Of a stretch of DNA of 64,000 bases, positions 30,498-40,072 are shown one piece after another (the stretch's first letter is position 1; each line of letters begins with the position of its first letter). The notes beneath the pieces were generated by a model. It worked only from the letters and a program-made list of their open reading frames with translations. It was not told where the DNA came from and ran no database searches. The DNA lies in the NCBI GenBank assembly GCA_902802115.1, contig CADCKW010000002.1:5744-69743 (forward strand). The letters are read 5' to 3'. A program made the translations under genes and the position numbers. Source of the stretch: an uncultured Pseudomonadota bacterium. GTDB lineage: Bacteria > Pseudomonadota > Alphaproteobacteria > Rs-D84.

Positions 30498-31163
30498 TTA
30501 TTTTATCAATTCTGTTATTACAAAATTCGCCAAACGCAATCCAAAATCACCAGTGACGGTTATAATCGAACCCAATGTACCGGTATCATTTTTTATTGGA
30601 CTTTGTGTTGAATATACAACCGGAAAATCAGGTAAATTTTCATCGCGAACCAATTTCCTGATGCGTGACGCCAATGGGCAAACAGTTGTTTTTGATAATT
30701 TATCTATTTTTATTTTGGTTATATCGGTCTTTTGTGCCGCGCCCATACTGGCAATAAACGGTATATTATGCGCCACACACCAACGATACAGCGCAATTTT
30801 AGATTGCACAGAATCAATCGCATCAATTACAAAATCTGGCGCAACATCGGGGTTAGACGCCCCGTCCCAAAACATATTAAATGTTTGAACATTTATATCC
30901 GGCGAAATATCTGCAATTCTGGCCGCCGCAACATCAACCTTTGGGCGACCGATTGTGCTGTGCAATGCAAATATTTGACGATTGATATTTGATTGTTCAA
31001 CAACATCAAAATCAACCAAAATAATGTTGCCGATACCACTGCGCGACAATGCCTCGATGGCAAAAGACCCAACCGCACCACAACCAACCACCATGACGGT
31101 TTTTGTTTGTAATTTTTTGACCGCAATGTCCCCCAACAACAATCTAATCCTGTGTAATCTGTC
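30498..31163 (-). CDS. tcdA: tRNA threonylcarbamoyladenosine dehydratase TcdA/CsdL (ThiF/E1-like)
   Basis: Rossmann VMVVGCGAVGSFAIEALSRSGIG.IILVDFDVVE.SN.NRQ. Confidence 0.7.
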   Translation of the reverse strand, partial: DRLHRIRLLLGDIAVKKLQTKTVMVVGCGAVGSFAIEALSRSGIGNIILVDFDVVEQSNINRQIFALHSTIGRPKVDVAAARIADISPDINVQTFNMFWDGASNPDVAPDFVIDAIDSVQSKIALYRWCVAHNIPFIASMGAAQKTDITKIKIDKLSKTTVCPLASRIRKLVRDENLPDFPVVYSTQSPIKNDTGTLGSIITVTGDFGLRLANFVITELIK

Positions 31164-31863
31164 CATTGAAAAACACCCCCATAGTATTGTTATAAATGTC
31201 CGCATCTGTGATTTCTGGGCGCAAAGATTTTAAACCCGCCGCAGCCGTTAAAATTGGTAATAAATTCGAACTATCACTTTCCAGTAAAATTTTATTTTTC
31301 GGCAATTCCCCGATAGTTATTTTAATTTTGTTATAATTTGGTTTTGATATATTTGGACCACAAGAAAAATACAAATTTTCATCAAAACCTATCGCATTTG
31401 TTGTTCCATCAAAGCCATGTGCAACAATTTTAGGCAATTTATTTTTATATGATTTTAATATATTCAATACCCTGTCCCACGCATGCACGCAATGCAAATT
31501 TAATACGCGATTATATTTAATTGCCATTTCCAGACTTTGTATAAAAACACGTTCTTGGGTGGCAAAATTATCATGCGTTTTATCCAAACCAACTTCGCCC
31601 AAAATAATATTTTGGTGGTGTGACAAAATCGATTGCATATTCGCCAGCCAATTTGATGACACAGAATCCGCATACCATGGGTGAATACCAATTGCCCCAA
31701 CCACATTTTCATTATTTGACGCGATATCGATAATTTGTTGCCAATCATTTTCACGCACACTGTTTATAACACACCCGACAATTCCAACAGATTTTGCGCG
31801 CGCAAACACATCTGTAAAAGGTTTGGTGTCTGGCAGATGACAATGAGAATCAAAGTATGGCAT
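31144..31863 (-). CDS. TatD-family hydrolase (second copy, YjjV-like)
   Basis: YFDSHCHL, GEVGLD, LESD motifs. Confidence 0.7.
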   Translation of the reverse strand: MPYFDSHCHLPDTKPFTDVFARAKSVGIVGCVINSVRENDWQQIIDIASNNENVVGAIGIHPWYADSVSSNWLANMQSILSHHQNIILGEVGLDKTHDNFATQERVFIQSLEMAIKYNRVLNLHCVHAWDRVLNILKSYKNKLPKIVAHGFDGTTNAIGFDENLYFSCGPNISKPNYNKIKITIGELPKNKILLESDSSNLLPILTAAAGLKSLRPEITDADIYNNTMGVFFNGQITQD

Positions 31864-31868
31864 ATATT

Positions 31869-32285
31869 TTAATAACGTGTTTTAGTAACCTGTTTTACCC
31901 AGTCCAACAATGTTTGTTTTGGTATTTTTGGACTGGAAACGTTCATAGAAACTGTGGAACATTTGGACAACCCAGTCAATATATTGCGCATATGATAGAC
32001 AGATGGCATCGGTAATTGTCCAGATTGTGATTTTAATCGTTCGAATTCATCACCTTGACCCGCATTGACAATTACACACGCATCACATTTTGTATTATAT
32101 AACTGCGATACACAGTAATAAAAATGTGTAAGTCTGGTTTCTTTGGTTTTCTTGGACGCCATACGAAACATAGTTTCAGGATTCAATCTGTAAATAGAAT
32201 AAAAGCGGTCCATCAAATAAGATTTAGTATTTGTATCCATGTTTGACACAACCGGTTCAATGTATTCTTTAAAAGTTTTTTGCAT
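31869..32285 (-). CDS. Hypothetical protein
   Basis: ORF with coding-like composition; no family recognised. Confidence 0.35.
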   Translation of the reverse strand: MQKTFKEYIEPVVSNMDTNTKSYLMDRFYSIYRLNPETMFRMASKKTKETRLTHFYYCVSQLYNTKCDACVIVNAGQGDEFERLKSQSGQLPMPSVYHMRNILTGLSKCSTVSMNVSSPKIPKQTLLDWVKQVTKTRY

Positions 32286-32443
32286 AAATTCACCCTCTGT
32301 TTTTATCGATTGGTAATCTTATCACAAAATATATTGTTGTCAAGTTTATTTGTTTCCTTTTAATAATTAAACGGTTGATTTTTGGTTCTGGTTGTTTTAG
32401 GCTGTGAGATATATGATAAAACAAAAAACAAGGTCGAAAAAAA

Positions 32444-33310
32444 ATGGTAAAAAAAACACCAAAAGTATCTGTTTTAACCCCTATTTATAATACCAGACCC
32501 GAACATTTGCGGGCTATGATTGAATCAATATTAAATCAAACATTTACAGATTTTGAATTTTTGATTTTAAATGACAGTCCGGACAACACAGAAATCGAAA
32601 AAATTGTGTTGGATTATGCAAAACGCGATAAACGCATAAAATATTCTAAAAATGATAAAAATATGGGTATAACACCGTCGCGCAATAAATTGTTGGATAT
32701 GGCATGTGGCGAATATGTGGCTATTTTTGACCATGATGATATATCTATGCCAGAACGGTTGGCATTAGAGGTCGATGTTTTAGATAACAACCCAGAGATT
32801 GGTGCAGTTAGTGGTTTTTTGAGGTTTTTTGATTGCAAAAAAACTGGTTCCCTGCACACATGTCCAGAACATGATTTTGAAATAAAATGCACCATGACAT
32901 CGGGGTGCTGGTTTCCGCATACCGCGTCAATGTTGCGAAAATCTGTGTTGGACGAACATAATATTCGATACGAAGAATATTTTAGCCCATGTGAAGATTA
33001 CCAATTATGGAATCGATTGATGGACGTGACGCGTTTTTATTGTATTCAATCTGTATTGGTTGATTACCGCAACTTTGACGGCAACACCACGCATAAAACA
33101 AAAAAACGTATGGATATGTTGCACACTGTGATAAAAGCAGATGTTTCAGGGCGATATCCAGAATACGCAACATGGTTCAAAAGATATACGGATAAAGCGG
33201 GAACTTTGTTCCGGTTGCGTCTGTTTGGTTTTATTCCATTGTTAAAAATCAAGAATAATAAAATATATTTGTTTGAAATTATCCCATTGTTCAAAATTAT
33301 GTGGAGATAA
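32444..33310 (+). CDS. Family 2 glycosyltransferase (GT-A)
   Basis: VSVLTPIYN...ESILNQTF.DFE.LI.NDSPD and DHDD motif. Confidence 0.75.
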   Translation: MVKKTPKVSVLTPIYNTRPEHLRAMIESILNQTFTDFEFLILNDSPDNTEIEKIVLDYAKRDKRIKYSKNDKNMGITPSRNKLLDMACGEYVAIFDHDDISMPERLALEVDVLDNNPEIGAVSGFLRFFDCKKTGSLHTCPEHDFEIKCTMTSGCWFPHTASMLRKSVLDEHNIRYEEYFSPCEDYQLWNRLMDVTRFYCIQSVLVDYRNFDGNTTHKTKKRMDMLHTVIKADVSGRYPEYATWFKRYTDKAGTLFRLRLFGFIPLLKIKNNKIYLFEIIPLFKIMWR

Positions 33311-33314
33311 TTAA

Positions 33315-34487
33315 ATGGCTAAAAACAATAGAATATTATTGGTTTCCCATGATTTATCAAGGAGTGGTGCCCCGATAGTTTTATTGAGATTGGCAAACTA
33401 TTTATTGTCCAAAAACTATACGGTAGATGTGTGGGGATTAAGAGGTGGTGATTTATATGATGATTTTGTTGATATTGGAATAAAACCACGTATTACAAGA
33501 AGTTCTCGACGTGCCATTAGGAATTTATTCATAACAACAAATGTTAAATATGACTATATTATTTGTAATACTATCGAAACCTTTAAGGCGGTAGATGTGT
33601 TGCAAAGGTTTAATATACCAACAATTTGGTACATACATGAATCTGGATACTTAGAAGAATCTGTGCAAAAAAATAAAGATTTTCGAAATGTGTTCGAACA
33701 TTTTTACAATATATACGCTTGTTCTCAATATTCTGCCAATATATGCAGGCGGTACAACAAGGTATCTGATGTACATATCATACCTAATTGTGTTCAAGAC
33801 GTTTTTAAATCATATCATCATCATAAAGATATTCGATTTGGTGCCATAGGCAATATATCTGCATTAAAAGGCATTGATACGCTGGTGGGGGCTTTTACTA
33901 AATTAACCACACAAGAAAAAAAAATACAATTATATTTGGCGGGTGATACAAACCATGATTTTGCGCAAAATTTGATACAACAAACAAAGTCTAACAAACA
34001 AATTTCATGGTTAGGATTAGTCAAAGATGCTGCAAAACGCAAATTTTTTGATTCTGTTGATGTTTTATGCATTCCTTCTATATACGATTCTGCGCCCATA
34101 AGTTTATTAGAAGGTTTGATGTATGGAAAACCAATAATTACGACAGTTAATGTTGGAAACAACAATCTTGTTTCAAAAAACAATGGATTTATTGTTCCTG
34201 TAAAAGACGAAAAAAGTCTGCACGATGCTATGAAATGGTTTTGTCACCATAAATCTTGTATTCCACAAATGATGAAAAATTCCAGATTACAATATTTATC
34301 TGGGGGCAGTTGCAAAAATCAAGAACGCGCCTTTGCCAAAATGTTGCAAGACAACATTGGAAATACACCGATTGTCACCACTGGGATAAAATATGAGATT
34401 TTGGAAAAGAATGCTCCTGAACAAAATGTGCGCGAGATTTTTTTGTTTGGTTATAAAATATTAAAATATAGGAAGAAAAAGGTATGA
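33315..34487 (+). CDS. Family 4 glycosyltransferase (GT-B)
   Basis: N-terminal ILLVSHDLSRSGAP and C-terminal E..G....E....G.P.I motif. Confidence 0.7.
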   Translation: MAKNNRILLVSHDLSRSGAPIVLLRLANYLLSKNYTVDVWGLRGGDLYDDFVDIGIKPRITRSSRRAIRNLFITTNVKYDYIICNTIETFKAVDVLQRFNIPTIWYIHESGYLEESVQKNKDFRNVFEHFYNIYACSQYSANICRRYNKVSDVHIIPNCVQDVFKSYHHHKDIRFGAIGNISALKGIDTLVGAFTKLTTQEKKIQLYLAGDTNHDFAQNLIQQTKSNKQISWLGLVKDAAKRKFFDSVDVLCIPSIYDSAPISLLEGLMYGKPIITTVNVGNNNLVSKNNGFIVPVKDEKSLHDAMKWFCHHKSCIPQMMKNSRLQYLSGGSCKNQERAFAKMLQDNIGNTPIVTTGIKYEILEKNAPEQNVREIFLFGYKILKYRKKKV

Positions 34488-34620
34488 CAAAAATACTGAC
34501 GAATGTCGCAGATGAAAAATATGATGTTGCAAAGATAACCGAAATCGCGACCGAAAACCTACCCAGATTCAATGTTAAAAACAATGTGAACAAATTACTA
34601 AATTTAATTGAGAGGAAACA

Positions 34621-35415
34621 ATGATACCAAAAATAATTCATTTTGTATGGGTTGGCACACAACCAAAACCGCAACTGGTTTTGGATTGTATAGCCAGTTG
34701 GAAAAAATTTTGTCCGGATTATGAAATCAAGGAATGGAACAATGATTCTTTATCTGAAATAGATAACAGGTACGTTCGTCAAGCGTTTAAAAATAAAAAA
34801 TGGGCATTTGTTTCTGATTATTTGCGTCTATATGCACTGGAAAAAATGGGTGGCTTTTATTTTGATTCTGATTTAGAAATAACCCAAAATATTGATAAAT
34901 TCAGGGATAATAAATTTATAACAGGGCACGAGATGCTTAATAACGCAGTGTTCCCTTTTACTGCGTTCATGGGATCTGAACCACACGGACACATTGTAAA
35001 AACATTATTATCAGAATATGATGATATAGATTTTGAAAAGCCTGATGGAACATTTGATCAAATGACAAACACGATACGTGTGTCAAATTTGTTTGGAGAA
35101 CAATATGGTGTTTTGCCACCATACGATGGAACAAGACAAATTAAACTAGGTAATGATGGCATAATTGAACCATGGTGGTTTTTCTGTACCCCATGCGAAA
35201 ATCATGAAAATTATTCCATACATCATTTTAATGGTTCGTGGGTTGATGGATTTGATCGTAAAACCAAAATTAAAATTTGGCGTTTTGAAATTGTACGTTT
35301 CCGTCGTGTATTCAAAACAAACACAATTCCATTGAAAAAATATGAACGTATAATATTTCGCATAAAGACAGCAAAAAAGACTTTTTATGCATTAACGTAC
35401 AGGGGACACAAATGA
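34621..35415 (+). CDS. DXD-motif glycosyltransferase (Gly_transf_sug / GT32-like)
   Basis: IPKIIHFVWVG...DYLRLYALEKMGGFYFDSDLE. Confidence 0.6.
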   Translation: MIPKIIHFVWVGTQPKPQLVLDCIASWKKFCPDYEIKEWNNDSLSEIDNRYVRQAFKNKKWAFVSDYLRLYALEKMGGFYFDSDLEITQNIDKFRDNKFITGHEMLNNAVFPFTAFMGSEPHGHIVKTLLSEYDDIDFEKPDGTFDQMTNTIRVSNLFGEQYGVLPPYDGTRQIKLGNDGIIEPWWFFCTPCENHENYSIHHFNGSWVDGFDRKTKIKIWRFEIVRFRRVFKTNTIPLKKYERIIFRIKTAKKTFYALTYRGHK

Positions 35416-36527
35416 AAAATATATTGGTTGTATTGGGAACTCGCCCCGAGGCAATTAAATTAGCACCAGTGATTTTGGAATTACGCAAAAATCCAGATTA
35501 CAATGTTTTGGTGTGTAATACAGAACAACAGAAAGAATTATCAAATCAAACTCTCGGTTTTTTTGGTATTGATGCTGATTTTAAATTGGATGTTATGCGT
35601 CCAAATCAAACGTTGGGTGGGGTTCAGTCGCGTATTTTAACCGCATTATCAGATGTTTTTACCAATAATAAAATTGATGCTACAATCGTCCAAGGTGACA
35701 CAATGACTGTATTTTGTGGTGCATTGATTTCGTTTTATAATCGTGTCCCAGTATTTCATGTCGAAGCGGGCCTGCGTTCATACGATTTATTTGAACCATT
35801 TCCCGAAGAAGCCATGCGTCAAATGACGTCGCGTATAACCGACTTGCACTTTGCACCAACTAAATTGGCATATGATGCATTGATACGTGAAAATATTGCC
35901 GCTGACAAGATTGCACTGACCGGTAATACGGTGATTGATGCATTGTCTTGCTTGTCAATTGATACGATAACAAATGCAAAATCAGCACTGGAAACACGTG
36001 GTGTAAAATTAAATGATAAATTGGTACTGGTGACGGTACATCGTCGTGAAAATCATGGCGACAGATTAGGCAGAATACTTGATGCTATTACGACACTGAC
36101 AAAAAAATATCCTGACCATCAATTTATATTGCCGGTGCATCCAAATCCAAATGTTCATGATGCGGTTTATACGGCACTGGATAAATTACCGAATGTTATC
36201 CTAACAAAACCATTGAACTATCCAGAATTAGTTTGTATTATGAAACATGCAAAGTTGGTTTTAACTGATTCTGGTGGAATCCAAGAGGAAGCACCCACAT
36301 TTGGTGCGCCGGTTTTGGTGATGCGCTATGAAACAGAACGTGTCGAAGGGGTTGCGGCCGGCTTTGCGAAATTGGTTGGTGCCGACATTGACAAGATTTT
36401 GACGGAATCAAATGCCATCTTATCGCAAGATAAAAACGAAACTCGACTGGACGGAACAAAAAATCCGTATGGTGATGGGCATGCAGCTGAAAAAATTGCA
36501 GATGCTATAAAGGAATTTTGGAAATGA
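35412..36527 (+). CDS. UDP-N-acetylglucosamine 2-epimerase (NeuC/WecB family)
   Basis: ILVVLGTRPEAIKLAPV N-terminus and full-length epimerase architecture; sits in a nonulosonic-acid cluster. Confidence 0.75.
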   Translation: MKNILVVLGTRPEAIKLAPVILELRKNPDYNVLVCNTEQQKELSNQTLGFFGIDADFKLDVMRPNQTLGGVQSRILTALSDVFTNNKIDATIVQGDTMTVFCGALISFYNRVPVFHVEAGLRSYDLFEPFPEEAMRQMTSRITDLHFAPTKLAYDALIRENIAADKIALTGNTVIDALSCLSIDTITNAKSALETRGVKLNDKLVLVTVHRRENHGDRLGRILDAITTLTKKYPDHQFILPVHPNPNVHDAVYTALDKLPNVILTKPLNYPELVCIMKHAKLVLTDSGGIQEEAPTFGAPVLVMRYETERVEGVAAGFAKLVGADIDKILTESNAILSQDKNETRLDGTKNPYGDGHAAEKIADAIKEFWK

Positions 36528-37351
36528 AAATATTTAAAAAAATTCGTGATGGCAATAAACGAACGATTATCTTGTTCGGGGTTATAAAGATAAAATACAG
36601 AAAACGGGAACAGGCTAATTACATTAGTATTAATGAGTTAAAGTCGCACATAGATATAGAAGAATTGATTGAACACATTGCAATTCATTCCAAGGTTGCC
36701 GCGCATCATGGTGCTGTATTTGAAAAATATAGAAATATATATAACAATCGCGATATCGTAATTTGTGGAACGGGAGAAACTTTACAAGATTATAAACCAA
36801 TCAATAATACTGTAAATATTGGTATAAATCGTGCCTTTCGAACCAAGAAAATAAAATTCGATTACCTGTTTGTTCAAGATTTATTCCCAGAAGGTATGGA
36901 CGAATTTATAAAATACAGACCAAATCAATGCAAAAAAATGTTTGCTATGCCATCTTATTCCAGAATGCGTAAAAACAGTTCGGTACATTCTGTGCCATTG
37001 AGTGTTATTAATCGCGCCAAAGGTGAATATTTCTTTATGGATTCACGTAATCAATTTAGATTTGCTTTTGATCCAACGGTTGAACCAATTGGTGATTTTG
37101 ATTTTACTGCCATGGTGGCTTTACAATTTGCATTATTTACTAACCCACGTCGTATATATTTGGTTGGTATGGATTGTACAAATAATTTCTTTTATGGCAG
37201 TGGCAGTAATCATGACTATCAAAAGACGATATGGCATAAATTTGCTGAATTCGCCCGCATTAATTTTCCAGAAACAGAATTTATATCTGTAAATCCTGTT
37301 GGACTAAAAGGTTTGTTTAAAGATTTATATCAAAAAAAGGATGAAAAATGA
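36518..37351 (+). CDS. Cst-II/GT42-like (DUF115/MAF-type) putative sialyltransferase
   Basis: IVICGTGETL..., GINRAF, and YLVGMDCTNNFFYGSGSNHD resembling Cst-II YLSGIDFYQNGSSYAFD. Confidence 0.4.
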   Translation: MEMKIFKKIRDGNKRTIILFGVIKIKYRKREQANYISINELKSHIDIEELIEHIAIHSKVAAHHGAVFEKYRNIYNNRDIVICGTGETLQDYKPINNTVNIGINRAFRTKKIKFDYLFVQDLFPEGMDEFIKYRPNQCKKMFAMPSYSRMRKNSSVHSVPLSVINRAKGEYFFMDSRNQFRFAFDPTVEPIGDFDFTAMVALQFALFTNPRRIYLVGMDCTNNFFYGSGSNHDYQKTIWHKFAEFARINFPETEFISVNPVGLKGLFKDLYQKKDEK

Positions 37352-38229
37352 TAAGACCTGTTGTTGTTGCTGAAATCGGCTGTAATCACAAAGGCGATAT
37401 GGAAATCGCACATCGCATGATTAAATTATTAGGATGTTTTGAAACATTAAATCCTGATAGTTCTATTGATATTGTAAAATTTCAAAAACGTACAAACAAA
37501 GAATTATTAACACCAGAAGAATACAATGCGCCGCATCCACATCCAGAAAACAGTTATGGTGCAACCTACGGCGAACATCGCGAGTTTTTGGAATTCAACC
37601 AAGAACAACACCGTCAATTAAAACAATGGTGTGAAGAAGAAGGACTGATTTATTCTACTTCTACTTGGGATTTAACCGCCGCCAAAGAAATTGTTGCATT
37701 GAATCCAAAACTTATCAAGGTTCCATCGGCCAGTAATCTGGACTTTGATATGTTGGGTTATTTGCGTGATAACTATACCGGGGAAATACATTTGTCTTTT
37801 GGTATGACAACCAAAGAAGAAGAAAAGAAAATCGTAAATTTCTTTAAAGAAAAAAATCGTGCCAAAGATTTGGTTATTTACGCATGCACATCTGGTTATC
37901 CTGTACCGTTTGAAGATATTTGCCTTAATGAAATCACACGATTAAAGGAAACTTTTGGAAAAGATGTCAAAGCAATCGGTTTTTCCGGTCATCATTTGGG
38001 AATTGCGGTTGATATTGCAGCATTGGCACTGGGGGCAACATATTTTGAACGCCACTTTACTTTGGACAGAACATGGAAAGGAACCGATCATGCGGCATCA
38101 TTGGAACCCACCGGTTTGCAGAAACTGGCGCGTGATTTGCGTAATGTGGCCAAAGCATTAACTTCTAAATCCGAAGATATTTTAGATATTGAAAAAGTTC
38201 AACGTAAGAAATTAAAGAGGAAAATTTAA
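37348..38229 (+). CDS. neuB: N-acetylneuraminate (nonulosonate) synthase NeuB family, lacking the C-terminal SAF domain
   Basis: VVAEIGCNHKGDMEIA, KFQK, GFSGHHLGIAVDIAALALGATYFERHFTLD parallels E. coli NeuB. Confidence 0.75.
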   Translation: MIRPVVVAEIGCNHKGDMEIAHRMIKLLGCFETLNPDSSIDIVKFQKRTNKELLTPEEYNAPHPHPENSYGATYGEHREFLEFNQEQHRQLKQWCEEEGLIYSTSTWDLTAAKEIVALNPKLIKVPSASNLDFDMLGYLRDNYTGEIHLSFGMTTKEEEKKIVNFFKEKNRAKDLVIYACTSGYPVPFEDICLNEITRLKETFGKDVKAIGFSGHHLGIAVDIAALALGATYFERHFTLDRTWKGTDHAASLEPTGLQKLARDLRNVAKALTSKSEDILDIEKVQRKKLKRKI

Positions 38230-38940
38230 ATGTATATAAAAAAGTTTTTTGTTAGGTTGTTGTGTTGTGTAATTCCAGTTGCAAAGTGGCGTCGTGGTTT
38301 GCGTAAAAAATTGCTATTTCCTTACTATATAATAAATTTAAACGAAAAAAAATTTTTAAAATATATCAAAGGAAAAACGATTGCCATAGTTGGAAATGGA
38401 CCACAACAGATTGATAAACATACTGGTGCAGAAATCGATTCTGCTGATATTGTGGTGCGATTTAACACATTTGAATTAGACGGCTTTACTAACGATTATG
38501 GAACTCGTACAGATATTTGGTTTAATGGTTGTGGGGGAAACTATGATGATGAGCGTTATTTAGAAATTGCAAGAAAAAGCACATACGTTATATGGCGTTC
38601 AATTTACGAAAAGTCCAAAGAAATTAATTCTATTAAAAACTTCTTTAAAAAATGTCACAGACGTTTCATACCTGTATATTTAATGCCCGAAGATAAACTT
38701 TTGCCTTTGTATAATATTTTTAATGATTATGGACCAACAATAGGGTGCGTGTTTTTATGGTATTTAAAAACTTATGCTGAACCCCAAGATATCAGATTAT
38801 ATGGTTTTTCTTTTTTAGATTCAGCACCAACCAAAGATAACTTGCCTCATTTTTATCATAAACGAGAAATTAATGGAGGAAAGCATAATATGTCTATGGA
38901 AATCGCATTTCTAAAAAAACTATTTCAATTAAAAAAATAA
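38230..38940 (+). CDS. GT29-like (animal-type) sialyltransferase homologue
   Basis: Sialylmotif L IAIVGNGPQ...GAEIDSADIVVRFN...GF.NDYGTRTD; motif S PTIGCVFLWYL......IRLYGF; motif III HFYH; motif VS HNMSME (H-x4-E). Confidence 0.6.
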   Translation: MYIKKFFVRLLCCVIPVAKWRRGLRKKLLFPYYIINLNEKKFLKYIKGKTIAIVGNGPQQIDKHTGAEIDSADIVVRFNTFELDGFTNDYGTRTDIWFNGCGGNYDDERYLEIARKSTYVIWRSIYEKSKEINSIKNFFKKCHRRFIPVYLMPEDKLLPLYNIFNDYGPTIGCVFLWYLKTYAEPQDIRLYGFSFLDSAPTKDNLPHFYHKREINGGKHNMSMEIAFLKKLFQLKK

Positions 38941-38962
38941 ATAAAATAAAAAGGTATTAACA

Positions 38963-40072
38963 ATGAAAAAAATACTGAAAAAACTTTTTTACGTAAAACA
39001 TTCGGGACATCATACCATAGTAAGAATACTGGGCATACGAATCAAATACAAAACTAAACAGTCACATTATGTTGATACAATGCCATTTTTACAAGAAATT
39101 CATGACTATCTCTCGCAAAATACAAATGGTTTTTTCTTGTTAAATCGTGGTTTGCAATTAGATGACAACAAAAGGCAGTTGCGCGATCAAGTAAATAATA
39201 AAATGGCTTCTAATGAATACAAAACTGTACCCAATAAATGTTTATGTGGTGCAGATAACGATGAAATAATTGCTGTTCGTGATCGTTATGGCATAAAAAT
39301 AAACACAGTTATTTGCAAGAATTGTGGCCTTGTAAGAACCAGTCCGTATTATGATGAAGAATCGTTGGGAAAATTTTATAACATAGAATATCGGTCATTA
39401 TATACATTATGCAATAATGATTTCGATTTGTTTTTTTCAAACCAATGTTCCATAGGAGAAAAAATTATAAATAATTTAAAAAAGTGTACAAAGTTTTCTC
39501 CAAAAAATAAAAATGTTTACGAAATTGGTACTGGCATGGGCGGAATCTTGATGCCATTTATGAACCTTGGAGCAAAAATAAAGGGCGTTGATCTTGGACA
39601 AGAATACATTAATATAGGCAAGACCAAAGGTTTGGATTTGGAAGTTGGAAGTTTAGAGGTTTTGAAACAATATCCTAAGGCTGACTTATTGATTTTAAAT
39701 CATATACTGGAACACATTGTTGATCCGATAACATTTTTAACACAATGTCGTGACATTCTGGACGACGAAGGATTGGTTTATATTGGCGTCCCAACTCTTG
39801 AAATGATAGGACCAATATATGAAAATAATATATTTGCTTATTTACAAAATGCGCACGTTTATGATTTTTCTACTGGTACAATTTGTTATGTATTGGAGTG
39901 TGCTGGTTGGTCACCATTGCATGTTATCAGTGACCAAGGTGTTGTTATTGCCAAGAAAACAAATAAATTTAGAAAACGTACAGATATAGATGCAGGACAT
40001 TATGAATACGCATTAAATTATCTAAAACAAGTTGATAAACTATTTTTTAATGGAGTTATAAAACATGACTAA
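38963..40072 (+). CDS. Class I SAM-dependent methyltransferase with an N-terminal zinc ribbon
   Basis: CLCG...CKNCG; motif I VYEIGTGMGG; LILNHILEHIVDP. Confidence 0.65.
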   Translation: MKKILKKLFYVKHSGHHTIVRILGIRIKYKTKQSHYVDTMPFLQEIHDYLSQNTNGFFLLNRGLQLDDNKRQLRDQVNNKMASNEYKTVPNKCLCGADNDEIIAVRDRYGIKINTVICKNCGLVRTSPYYDEESLGKFYNIEYRSLYTLCNNDFDLFFSNQCSIGEKIINNLKKCTKFSPKNKNVYEIGTGMGGILMPFMNLGAKIKGVDLGQEYINIGKTKGLDLEVGSLEVLKQYPKADLLILNHILEHIVDPITFLTQCRDILDDEGLVYIGVPTLEMIGPIYENNIFAYLQNAHVYDFSTGTICYVLECAGWSPLHVISDQGVVIAKKTNKFRKRTDIDAGHYEYALNYLKQVDKLFFNGVIKHD

